Positions 29,718-38,498 of a stretch of DNA of 64,000 nucleotides are shown here, in pieces; positions within the stretch are counted from its first letter, which is position 1, and each line of letters starts with the position of its first letter. This DNA is from Patescibacteria group bacterium. GTDB taxonomy: Bacteria > Patescibacteriota > JAQUNI01. The stretch spans positions 271,451 through 335,450 of the forward strand of contig JAQUNI010000001.1 of assembly GCA_028717685.1 (NCBI GenBank), given 5' to 3'. Below the pieces are notes generated by a model. The model worked only from the letters and a program-made list of their open reading frames with translations. It was not told the DNA's origin and searched no databases. A program made the position numbers and the translations under genes.

Positions 29718-30342
29718 TTTTATCTATTCGGATTGCCCGAAACACCGTATCACGAGCGCTCTTCACCATACCCAAAACAAGAATTTGATCGCCGATTTCA
29801 AGTTCACTGACTTTGATCTTGCTCACCTGAAATAATACCTTGCCATCTTCCGCTTCCACGGTGCGCGGCACAGTAACCAATCTTATTTCCGTATCCGCAG
29901 TGATTTGCGCTTTGAGCTTTTTCTGGCCTTGTTCCGCGGACGGCTCCTCAAAGGCAAGGAAATCCGACCCTATTTCTGTAATGGAGCCGCTGTGCATAAT
30001 AATGAATTCACTAGGCGCGCTCGGCACCTTTGGCTTCGCTTCAGCGGTGGAAGATCTAGACCCACTTGCTTCTTGCTCGAGTGTTTCACTGGTAGAAGAT
30101 GGCGAGGCGCCGCTCGGAGCGCTTTCCTGCTCGCTCCCCTTCGCAATACTACCCTCATAATCGGGAGGGGCTACTGGAATCTTTTGATGCTCCGGAAAAT
30201 TTGTCGCAACTGGACTGGTATCGCCCGAAGGAAAGGATGGAACAATCTCTTCTGGTTTTTGTACAAAATAAATCTGGTAAACGCAAAACCCAGCAATAAC
30301 CAATAAGAAAAATAAAAATAGGAAAAGTTTATGGGAAAGCAT
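29704..30342 (-). CDS. Small membrane-anchored protein with Ser/Glu-rich linker (paralog of 23589..24128 and 27501..27986)
   Basis: 212 aa. TM helix LFLFLFFLLVIAGFCVYQIYFV. C-terminus ELEIGDQILVLGMVKSARDTVFRAIRI. Confidence 0.55.
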   Translation of the reverse strand: MLSHKLFLFLFFLLVIAGFCVYQIYFVQKPEEIVPSFPSGDTSPVATNFPEHQKIPVAPPDYEGSIAKGSEQESAPSGASPSSTSETLEQEASGSRSSTAEAKPKVPSAPSEFIIMHSGSITEIGSDFLAFEEPSAEQGQKKLKAQITADTEIRLVTVPRTVEAEDGKVLFQVSKIKVSELEIGDQILVLGMVKSARDTVFRAIRIDKSDYR

Positions 30343-30469
30343 TAAATGTCCAAATTTTTAATTTTTATTTCTTAATTTTTAGCTAATTTTTATCGTGTTA
30401 TTGAATTATTGTTTCTATTTACAATGACAATAAAAATTAGTTAAAAATTAAAAATCAAGAATTTGAAAT

Positions 30470-31300
30470 TCACTTGCTTAGGCTCTGCTCGGAAAAAATT
30501 ACATAGTCAAAATAACCCGACACTCCGGCCTTAGTGCTGCTATAAGTGGACTCGATCGCTTTTTTATAAGACGAAAAAATGCCTACAGAATCAATTCTTA
30601 CTTTATCCGTAATATCAACTCCATTATCAAAACAAATCTGAAAATCGGAAACAAAATCCTTCAATGGTTTAACGCGCACTAGGTTATTCGGTTTATTCAC
30701 AAGTTGCCGCACAATTTCTCCTCCTTCACTCTGTAACTCCCCATAATCAAAGGTCTCTTTATAAACCGTCTGCGTTCCCTGCCCAAATTTATAATTAGCT
30801 AAACTTTCAGGACCAAAGTCGCTAAAATTGTCTTCCCAGCCCAACCACGTTACCTCCACCTCTTCATTGGCATTACCCAGCCTTTGCGACCAAGACAAAT
30901 GCATTCTCGTGGAATTGCCTAGATTATCAAAATCTAAGGTTTCATCCATATCTAAACTATCTTGGGTATAATAATTGCTACAATTAAAAGTATCATCCAC
31001 GGTGTAGCTATAATTGGCGCTCGTCAGTTCGCGAAGGGGGGTATTAGGCATATTACTGGTATTCCCATTAACCATAATCTCATAAAGAGCTCTTTCCATG
31101 CCGCTGTCCGCCGCGTAATAAGCAATAATACCGCTACCCACATCCCTGGCCATCTTGATATTTCTCAAGGTGAGGGTGGCAATTATTAAACTAACCAAAG
31201 AGACAGTGCCTAATACAAGAAGGGCATAAAGCAAGGCAACACCGGACCTAGATGTTTTCAAAAATACACGGTGATTTAATTTTAATCTTGCTGACCTCAT
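30470..31300 (-). CDS. PilX-like type IV pilus minor component (PilX N-terminal domain)
   Basis: 276 aa. The N-terminus RSGVALLYALLVLGTVSLVSLIIATL…AYYAADSGMERALYEI resembles PilX_N. It is the last gene of the minor-pilin block. Confidence 0.5.
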   Translation of the reverse strand: MRSARLKLNHRVFLKTSRSGVALLYALLVLGTVSLVSLIIATLTLRNIKMARDVGSGIIAYYAADSGMERALYEIMVNGNTSNMPNTPLRELTSANYSYTVDDTFNCSNYYTQDSLDMDETLDFDNLGNSTRMHLSWSQRLGNANEEVEVTWLGWEDNFSDFGPESLANYKFGQGTQTVYKETFDYGELQSEGGEIVRQLVNKPNNLVRVKPLKDFVSDFQICFDNGVDITDKVRIDSVGIFSSYKKAIESTYSSTKAGVSGYFDYVIFSEQSLSK

Positions 31301-31999
31301 TTATCTTTTATAAATCCTCTGCGTGATTGTGGTCTGAACCCGAATAGAAGCCTGCTCTTCCGGCTTTGCTGTATTTTTGCTCTGGCTTAAACTCAAAACG
31401 ATTGTTACCCGCGGCTGTTCATTTGTTCCTCCGGAAACAAAAGGGTCAGTCACGGGCACAATCCAGAATTTCAAATCATCCACCTTCACCTGATTACTTA
31501 AAATATTCTCTGCCGCCGCCGTCCCTATCTGCATTTTTAATTTATTGTCGCCGCCTTTAAAAAAGGTAATACTCTCCTTGTCCTGACGCACTAAAACCAA
31601 GGAAGAGGCGGGGTTATTGATAGAACCACTGTAATCAATACCATACCGCCTTACCGTTTGGGCGATTGTTTCCAGGGCATGAGATGCCTCGAACTGCACC
31701 TTTTGATCAATGCTATTCTTGCGTTGAGCTTTTGTGATGGACAAAAAAATGCCGCAGATTGCCACTAGCGCCAAAGCAAATACCGCCATTGCCACCAACA
31801 TTTCAATGACTGTAAACCCCGTTAGCCCCGTTAAGAATTTATTTCTAACGGGATGAACTTTCTTTAACGGGATAAACCCCCTGCCGCGTTTTTTAAACCA
31901 AACCGCGCGCGACAAAAATCCGCATCTCTCTCTTGATGCCGCGAAAATTTCAACATTGCGTGTTTGCGTATTATTTGTTGATCCCATATATTGCTTCAT
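31301..31999 (-). CDS. Type IV minor pilin (prepilin-type N-terminal cleavage/methylation domain); start uncertain
   Basis: Class III signal LTGLTG|FTVIEMLVAMAVFALALVA, with E at +5. The track ORF gives an improbable roughly 60-aa leader. The real start is unresolved. A palindromic element (31815-31853) overlaps the leader-coding region. Confidence 0.6.
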   Translation of the reverse strand: MKQYMGSTNNTQTRNVEIFAASRERCGFLSRAVWFKKRGRGFIPLKKVHPVRNKFLTGLTGFTVIEMLVAMAVFALALVAICGIFLSITKAQRKNSIDQKVQFEASHALETIAQTVRRYGIDYSGSINNPASSLVLVRQDKESITFFKGGDNKLKMQIGTAAAENILSNQVKVDDLKFWIVPVTDPFVSGGTNEQPRVTIVLSLSQSKNTAKPEEQASIRVQTTITQRIYKR

Positions 32000-32044
32000 C
32001 CACAGCGGGATACCCCATCATGTGGTTTCCCATTTGCTCTAAAA

Positions 32045-32677
32045 CTAAAAATCACGCCAATTATATAAATGCGCTTCTACTTTGACTATTTTGTTTTTCC
32101 AACCCACTTCGCTCACAATCACAACCGCATTGCCGCTTGTATATTTACGGATTGCACGGCTGTATTGTGTTGCTGTTCCTGCCGCGTGAGTATAAAACCC
32201 GTTTGCGTCTAGATAAAGCTGTTTGTTCGCCGAGGGAGAACATCCCCCTCCTCTGCACCCCAAATAACCAGTGTAATCCACTACGTAATAATCATTGGCG
32301 CTGTTGTTGCGGTTATTTTTCATAGGATTACTGCCGCTAAAAAGATTATCGCCTGCGAGCCAATAGGAATCGCGGGAAGCGCGCACTAATTCTATGCCCT
32401 CTTCGGCTAAATAGTAGGCAGTGGTTTTTTCCTTCATCTGACGCATCGCCGTAGTGGAATATATGACCAAAGAAAGACTGCCAATAAGTCCAACAACGAT
32501 GATAAAAATCGCGATCAGAGTCTCCAGAAGCGTCATCCCTTCTTCCCCATTCGCCACGGGCTTACGAGGCGCAACGCGGCAATATGCAGGGCGCTGGGCA
32601 GGCGGGAATATCCCGCTGCAGCATCTATAAATAAATGTTAACGGGATGAAAAAGAATCGTTTTAAATTAATTTTCAT
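32045..32677 (-). CDS. Type IV minor pilin (PilV-like); probable GTG start near 32557
   Basis: Prepilin motif ANGEEG|MTLLETLIAIFIIVVGLIG. A GTG codon (PVANGEEG) would give a canonical 7-aa leader. The upstream 40 aa of the track ORF are Cys/Arg-rich and probably not coding. Confidence 0.6.
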   Translation of the reverse strand: MKINLKRFFFIPLTFIYRCCSGIFPPAQRPAYCRVAPRKPVANGEEGMTLLETLIAIFIIVVGLIGSLSLVIYSTTAMRQMKEKTTAYYLAEEGIELVRASRDSYWLAGDNLFSGSNPMKNNRNNSANDYYVVDYTGYLGCRGGGCSPSANKQLYLDANGFYTHAAGTATQYSRAIRKYTSGNAVVIVSEVGWKNKIVKVEAHLYNWRDF

Positions 32678-32771
32678 AAAATTAATTCTTCAGCAAGCCC
32701 CGTTAGAAATTTATTTCTAACGGGGCTAACGGGGTAAAGTTCAGGATAATATTCTGAATAAATCCGAAGCA

Positions 32772-33266
32772 TTAAAAACTGCTCTCTATTAACCCTGAAC
32801 TAGCGTCTACAAAAACTGTGCCTATATGTCCTATGCTATTTGTAAAAGTAATCGTTAAAGATTCATGTCCATTAATCCACATCGCGCCGTGGGGGGACTT
32901 GAAAATAATAGTGTCATTTATAGGATTCATCGTGATTTTAGAAGGCAGAGTAATAACCTCCAAAGCCTCGCCTGAATCGCTCTGACCGTTATCGTTTTTG
33001 TCCGCGAAAAAAGTATAAACATTGTTTGAGGTCAAATAAACTCCGCACCCGCCAGGGACGCTGCCGTTGATTATCTTGCCGCCAGCAACCATTGTCTGCG
33101 CCTGCCTTAAAACATTGGCCATATTTTGCACCGCAAAGCGCAGGTTGGTCTCCTCATTGCCTTTGCGCATATTAGCCACCAAGATCGCGGCAATCAACCC
33201 AATAACAAAACTCACTATGAGCATTTCTACTATAGTGAAGCCCCTTTGAAAAAAAACGCTTTTTTT
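32772..33266 (-). CDS. Type IV pilin; N-terminus extended beyond the ATG-called ORF (non-ATG start)
   Basis: Translating upstream of the annotated Met gives …KKSVFFQRG|FTIVEMLIVSFVIGLIAAIL, a textbook prepilin cleavage site. There is no in-frame ATG before the TAG at about 33270. Start is probably ATT/ATA/CTG, or a frameshift is present. Confidence 0.6.
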   Translation of the reverse strand, partial: KKSVFFQRGFTIVEMLIVSFVIGLIAAILVANMRKGNEETNLRFAVQNMANVLRQAQTMVAGGKIINGSVPGGCGVYLTSNNVYTFFADKNDNGQSDSGEALEVITLPSKITMNPINDTIIFKSPHGAMWINGHESLTITFTNSIGHIGTVFVDASSGLIESSF

Positions 33267-33506
33267 GCGACGCAGTATGTATGGAATAATTTTTAATTTC
33301 TAATTTTTCTGGCTTCGCTAGATCTCGCACAGCGAGACAATTTTTATTAAATTTATAATTAACTATTTTTTAAACTTGTATCAATCAGGGGGTGAAAAAG
33401 TTTGAAAATTAACTTATTGAAAATTTAATAAAAATTAGAAATTGAAAATTGTTCCAACCTTCTTGTCAACGGTTGGGTTCTTACTTTTGTGAAATGGTTT
33501 CATTCT

Positions 33507-33896
33507 TTACCCCGGGCCAGTCTCGCCACCGCTTTTGTATCCCTCATACGGAATAAAAGGGTTATCCCGCCCTACTGGCCCCACCTCTATAGGCACCTCG
33601 CCAAATATAACCAACTGGGAAAAACGCGGATCAGTAAGTAAATCGGTTTTGAGCTTAGAAGAGGGAATATTTTGCGAGGGAGTGGCAATACTGGGGGCAG
33701 CCACAATCGCCCCAGGCACTACCGGAGTAATATCAGGCACTGCTCCAAGTTCTGCTGGCACAGGCTCTGAAGATTTCTTGCCAAAAAAACTAGTATATAA
33801 TAGATAACCAGCTACTAAAATCGCTACCAGAAAAATACCTATAAGTATTGTTTGCTTGCGTTTAGCTTTGTCCATAATAGTAAATTTATTACTCAA
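33507..33896 (-). CDS. Hypothetical membrane-anchored protein in the pilus locus (PilP-like position)
   Basis: 129 aa with an N-terminal TM helix and a Pro/Val-rich linker. Lies between the pilO and pilin genes. Confidence 0.5.
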   Translation of the reverse strand: MSNKFTIMDKAKRKQTILIGIFLVAILVAGYLLYTSFFGKKSSEPVPAELGAVPDITPVVPGAIVAAPSIATPSQNIPSSKLKTDLLTDPRFSQLVIFGEVPIEVGPVGRDNPFIPYEGYKSGGETGPG

Positions 33897-33968
33897 TTGT
33901 TCGATTGCTCAATTGTTGGAATTTAACCTTCATCTTCAACTTCAACAATAGAACAATCAAACAATAAT

Positions 33969-34688
33969 TTATTTTAAGTAGTACGTCCTTAACTCTATTT
34001 TAAAAGTTAAAACCCTGTCTTCAAATTTCACTCCACCCACCTCGCCTTCACCGCTCTTACTGGATTGAGAATCGCCTCCTTTGGTGTCAAAATCCACGGA
34101 AACTACATCTAAAAACCGTAAGTTTTTTTGCACATCTTCTAAATATCGCATAAAAACATCATACCGTCCGGTTAAAGAGAGAGAGACTTTTAAAGTCGCA
34201 TAACCTTCGCTTGGAGCTGGAGAGACTAGAGGAACCATCGCGGGAAGATTAGAGGCAGTATTATTATCTTGGGTTTTATTTTGCCCTAAATCCGCCGCGT
34301 CTGTCGCTGGAGGCTCTATAGGATTCTCACTCCCCTTCTTAATTTCTTCGCTATAACTCACTTCTTCCATGAGGATTCCATTTTTTATGGCGAGAGCTTC
34401 CAGTTGAACCAAAAGATTGGGTATATCCTTTTCCGAAGGCAAGGCTAAACTCAAAGTGCGCACCTGCTCTTTGACGCCCTCATAATCTTTGACTAACTTT
34501 TTTGTGTCTTCTAGAGCCTTCTTGCTGTTCGCGAGACTTGTTTCTTCTCCTTTGATCTGCGTCCCTATATTCCTCCAAGCATCATACTGCGGCTTTAAGA
34601 AATAAAAACCCGCCCCTATCGCCACCAAAATGACTACTATAATGATCAGATTTGAATTTTTGTAAATCGTCTTAATGTTAAATTGCAT
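33969..34688 (-). CDS. pilO: Type IV pilus inner-membrane component PilO-like
   Basis: 239 aa. TM helix plus coiled-coil, then LSLALPSEKDIPNLLVQLEALAIKNGI, typical of PilO. Confidence 0.6.
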   Translation of the reverse strand: MQFNIKTIYKNSNLIIIVVILVAIGAGFYFLKPQYDAWRNIGTQIKGEETSLANSKKALEDTKKLVKDYEGVKEQVRTLSLALPSEKDIPNLLVQLEALAIKNGILMEEVSYSEEIKKGSENPIEPPATDAADLGQNKTQDNNTASNLPAMVPLVSPAPSEGYATLKVSLSLTGRYDVFMRYLEDVQKNLRFLDVVSVDFDTKGGDSQSSKSGEGEVGGVKFEDRVLTFKIELRTYYLK

Positions 34689-34927
34689 AATGTCAGAACT
34701 TTTTAATTTTTAATGCTTCGGCTTTGCTCAGCGCCTCTTCAAGCTCTTCGAGTCTGAAGACTCATCCCGTTCAGGATCTGAGACCCTTCAGGGTCGAACG
34801 ACAGAGTCTGAACGGCCTGAACTTTGCTGGAGGGTTAATTTTTTAGCCCAAGGCGCCCTAGAAGCGCGGAAATTTTGAATTTATCCCGCAACTTCGTGAG
34901 AGAATACCATGTAGGGAGGCGCGGGAT

Positions 34928-35482
34928 TTATTTTTGCCACGCCTCTTCCTTAAAGGTTAAATCAGCCTGGAAAGAAATCACGGCTTGATCTTCAGTAACA
35001 TCCAAGCTCGCAGATGCGACCTCCACTTTTTCTATAGATTGTTGCTGCTCCCAGGCTTTAAGTTGGCGGGCTAAAGATTGATAATTTCGCGTATAAGCGG
35101 GGAGGCTAACCTTACGGCTATCAATATCACCTTTGAAACTCGTATAAAAAACATCGGGAATAGTAACATCACCCAAGGTCTGAAAAAACGCGACCCAATA
35201 CATCCGACGGTTCAAAAGCCGATCCAAACTATCCAACTGTTTCTGGGCGATAAGCGCTTGAGCAAGCTGTGCTTTCGAATCTTGGATTTCTTTATTCACC
35301 CCTTCAGCCTGGCTCTTTAGACCACTTAGTTTGGCATCCTCTCTCTTCTGCAAGAAAGAAAAACCAAAATATACCCCTCCTCCTAAAAGTATAATCAAGG
35401 CCAATACAAAAATACTGATGTTGCGCAACTTCTTCTTGCGTTTTTCCCCTTCATCTTCAGGGATTAAATCAATTTTGAGCAT
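34928..35482 (-). CDS. pilN: Type IV pilus component PilN-like
   Basis: 184 aa. N-terminal KIDLIPED plus a TM helix (fimbrial assembly PilN pattern), then coiled-coil. Confidence 0.55.
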   Translation of the reverse strand: MLKIDLIPEDEGEKRKKKLRNISIFVLALIILLGGGVYFGFSFLQKREDAKLSGLKSQAEGVNKEIQDSKAQLAQALIAQKQLDSLDRLLNRRMYWVAFFQTLGDVTIPDVFYTSFKGDIDSRKVSLPAYTRNYQSLARQLKAWEQQQSIEKVEVASASLDVTEDQAVISFQADLTFKEEAWQK

Positions 35483-35564
35483 AAAATTTTAATATTTTAT
35501 TTTGATTTCGTTGAGAACTAATTATCTAACTGATGTGATATAATTATCCTCCTTAATTTGATAA

Positions 35565-35700
35565 TTTTAAATTTTAATTCAATTTTAAAATCCTAATTTT
35601 AAATTTTAAAACCAAGGGAAAGAAGAAAGGGTTTTAAAATTAAAAAATTTAAAATTTGGATTTGATTTAAAATTTAGAATTTAAAATTCAAATTATTTAC
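35565..35700. repeat. AT-rich dispersed repeat of about 110 nt, copy 2
   Basis: See 17468-17580. Confidence 0.6.
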
Positions 35701-36329
35701 TCTACTTTCTTCCCGCATCTCAAGCACTTCAAAAATCCCGTAACCCATTTCCCTTCCCTGCCCGTGTCCTGCACCACATCTAAAACTAAAGAGCCGCCGC
35801 AACTTCCGCAAGAAAATTTGGGATCCACCCCTAAAGCTTTTGCCAACCGCACTGCATCGCCACGGTATTGATCTAACCTTAAATTAAAATGCCCTCCTAA
35901 TTTCTCACCCCCTGAAGATACTACAGACTTCGGTCTTCCTAGATGCCCTCTCACTTTTTCCACGACATCATCAGGCGAAAAGGTCGCTTGAATCAAAAAA
36001 TCATCCGCCCCCAAAGATAAGGCTTTGTCAATATCCTCCTGACGACCTAAATGTGAAAAAACCAAAACCGGAGTATCCTTCATCTGGGCGTCTTTTTTTA
36101 AAGTATTGATTACTTCAAAACCATCTACGCGCGGCATCATAATCCCCGTAATCACTAGATCCGGCTTTTTCTCAAAAGCGACGTTTAAACCATCTAATCC
36201 ATCTTTTGCTTCAAAAACATCAAAGCCTTCCTGCTTAAACTTTTTAGCATAAATTCCCCTTAAATCTACCGCGTCATCAATAAGTAAAACACTAGATCTT
36301 TTGCTTTGATTTTGATCTTTTTGATTCAT
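35697..36329 (-). CDS. Response regulator receiver protein with C-terminal Cys4 zinc-ribbon (PilH-like position)
   Basis: REC domain (LLIDDAVD…DLVITGIMMPRVDG…FSHL…LGADDFL) followed by CGSCGGS…CLRCGKK. Confidence 0.7.
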   Translation of the reverse strand: MNQKDQNQSKRSSVLLIDDAVDLRGIYAKKFKQEGFDVFEAKDGLDGLNVAFEKKPDLVITGIMMPRVDGFEVINTLKKDAQMKDTPVLVFSHLGRQEDIDKALSLGADDFLIQATFSPDDVVEKVRGHLGRPKSVVSSGGEKLGGHFNLRLDQYRGDAVRLAKALGVDPKFSCGSCGGSLVLDVVQDTGREGKWVTGFLKCLRCGKKVE

Positions 36330-36344
36330 AAAATAAGATTTAAA

Positions 36345-37112
36345 TTAAGTAATTAAATTCAAATACCATTTCAAAATTCTCTCCCCCTCCAGCATAGTAA
36401 TGATAGCCGCGATGGTTAGAAAAGTGCCAAAAGGCACCGCGCTCTTTAAAGTCTTCTTCTGGAGAGCTATCAATAACAAACCAACTATACTGCCCAAGAC
36501 AAAGGCAATAAACAATGCGACTAAAACTTGAGACCAGCCCAAAATGAAGCCTAAAAGAAATCCGAGTTTAACATCCCCTCCCCCCATCCACTTGCCTTTG
36601 GACACTAAAACAATTATAGCAAAAAATCCTCCTGATATCAAACTGCCTAAAAGCGCTGCCGGAAAACTAGGCTTCCCTAAGAAGATAGTTGCCAGAATTG
36701 CCAATGTCGCGCCCAACAAGATTATTTTATCAAGAATTAAATAATACTTCAAATCATACACAAAGATCACAACGAAAATACTAACAAAAAATAAATTAAA
36801 AAACAGCAAAGGATTTATACTTCCGACTTTTATATAGAAAAGAGCAAATAAAACGCCGCAAGTCAGCTCAACCAAAGGATACTGCCAGCTTACTCTTTTA
36901 TGACAGTAACGGCACTTGCCGCCTAGGATAATAAAACTTGCTACCGGAATCAAATCATACCAAGCTAAGCGGTGTTTACAGAAAGGGCAAAAGGAGGAGG
37001 GGTGAATAAGAGACTTTTTGATTTTGGAGCGATAAATGACGACATTAAGAAAACTGCCGACAGAGAGACCGAATAAAAATATAATTAATAAATTTAATGT
37101 AGGTATTAGCAA
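36345..37112 (-). CDS. pilD: Prepilin peptidase (A24 family)
   Basis: N-terminal zinc cluster CPFCKHRL…CRYCHKRV, eight TM helices and conserved Asp residues. Confidence 0.85.
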   Translation of the reverse strand: MLIPTLNLLIIFLFGLSVGSFLNVVIYRSKIKKSLIHPSSFCPFCKHRLAWYDLIPVASFIILGGKCRYCHKRVSWQYPLVELTCGVLFALFYIKVGSINPLLFFNLFFVSIFVVIFVYDLKYYLILDKIILLGATLAILATIFLGKPSFPAALLGSLISGGFFAIIVLVSKGKWMGGGDVKLGFLLGFILGWSQVLVALFIAFVLGSIVGLLLIALQKKTLKSAVPFGTFLTIAAIITMLEGERILKWYLNLIT

Positions 37113-37403
37113 AATTTTTAATTTCTAATTTTCAATTTTCATTAAATTTCTATTTTTGAAATTTCTAAACTGAAAAAGTTAATCTCTCAACGTTTAAAAA
37201 TTAATTCATTAAAAATTTAATAGAAATTAAAAATTTAAAATTAGAAATTATTACACAATAAAGCAAATATATTAACGTTTTACTAAAGGCGTGTCTTCTA
37301 AAAGAAACTTAAAATCCACGCCCTTAGTGAGGTAGTGAAATCCTAGCCAGGATCCTGTTCTGCGCACATCCAGGATTTGCAATCTACCCCACTATAACCT
37401 AAT

Positions 37404-37811
37404 TTAAGGCTTGCACCAACCGCCGACAGGATTACTATTCTCCAAAGTCGTGCAAATCGTGTAAGAACTAGGCGGGGTGCCAGTAGGAGTGTAAGTATAT
37501 CCCGCTCCTTCCGCTGCGCAGGCATTTTGAGGATCGCAAGGCACTTTCGCGGTGGGGAAATATTTATCAAGCCCCGCATCTGTCAACGCTGCCGGGTATT
37601 GAGGGGTAGTCTGATCATCATAATACATCTCTAAAGCAAGACTGATATTAGTAACATCGCTCTTCCTTTGGGCATCGCGGGCTTTGCTACGCGCCGAGTT
37701 TAAAGAAACCATTACAACTGCCGCCAAAATACCGATAATCGCGATCACAACCAGCAACTCAATCAGGGTAAACCCTCCTTTTTTACGAAAAATTTTACGC
37801 ATTGAAGTCAC
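37404..37811 (-). CDS. pilA: Type IV major pilin paralog 1
   Basis: KGG|FTLIELLVVIAIIGILAAVVMVSLNSARSKARDAQRKSDV; C-terminal Cys pair. Confidence 0.85.
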   Translation of the reverse strand: MTSMRKIFRKKGGFTLIELLVVIAIIGILAAVVMVSLNSARSKARDAQRKSDVTNISLALEMYYDDQTTPQYPAALTDAGLDKYFPTAKVPCDPQNACAAEGAGYTYTPTGTPPSSYTICTTLENSNPVGGWCKP

Positions 37812-38014
37812 CTCCTTTCTTTGATATTGATTTTTAAATAAATCGATGATTTATTTTTGTTTAAATTTACCTTCGCACCAGAAAGCCACGAGCTTAAAGC
37901 CCTGTAAACACGAAGACTGATTTTTTCCCAACACCTTTTTTTGTTCCTTAATCCGCTCTTTTGAAGAAGGATAATCTATCTCTCGCCGGTCCCTTCAAGA
38001 CAAATTGCGGTACC

Positions 38015-38443
38015 CTACGGTTTGCCAAAATAGTCTGTATCATTATCCAACTGAGCGGACAGGCAATAATTACTGCAGGGTTGAGCGGCGCAGGCAGTGC
38101 CGCAGGCACCACAGGAACCATTAGCGGCTTTAGGCACAACGGCATTACAACCTACATAAGTGTATGTATGACCACCGGGGTCGGTGGGAATTTTCGGCAT
38201 ATAAGTTGTCAAAACAGCTAAACCTTGCGCTGTGGTTGGATAGCTAGGGGTCGTTTGGGCATCATAATACATTTCTAATGCCAAACTAAAATTGGTAATA
38301 TCACTTTTTCTCTGGGCATCGCGGGCTTTAGCGCGCGCTGAATTGAGGGAAACCATCACAATCGCAGCTAGAAGTCCGATAATCGCGATCACAACCAGCA
38401 ATTCTATTAGGGTAAACCCTCTAGACCTGAAAATTTTGCGCAT
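38015..38443 (-). CDS. pilA: Type IV major pilin paralog 2
   Basis: SRG|FTLIELLVVIAIIGLLAAIVMVSLNSARAKARDAQRKSDITN; Cys-rich C-terminus. Confidence 0.85.
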   Translation of the reverse strand: MRKIFRSRGFTLIELLVVIAIIGLLAAIVMVSLNSARAKARDAQRKSDITNFSLALEMYYDAQTTPSYPTTAQGLAVLTTYMPKIPTDPGGHTYTYVGCNAVVPKAANGSCGACGTACAAQPCSNYCLSAQLDNDTDYFGKP

Positions 38444-38498
38444 TTATTTTATCCACCTCCCTTCTGATGAAATTTTAAATTCAGAATTAAAAATTAAT

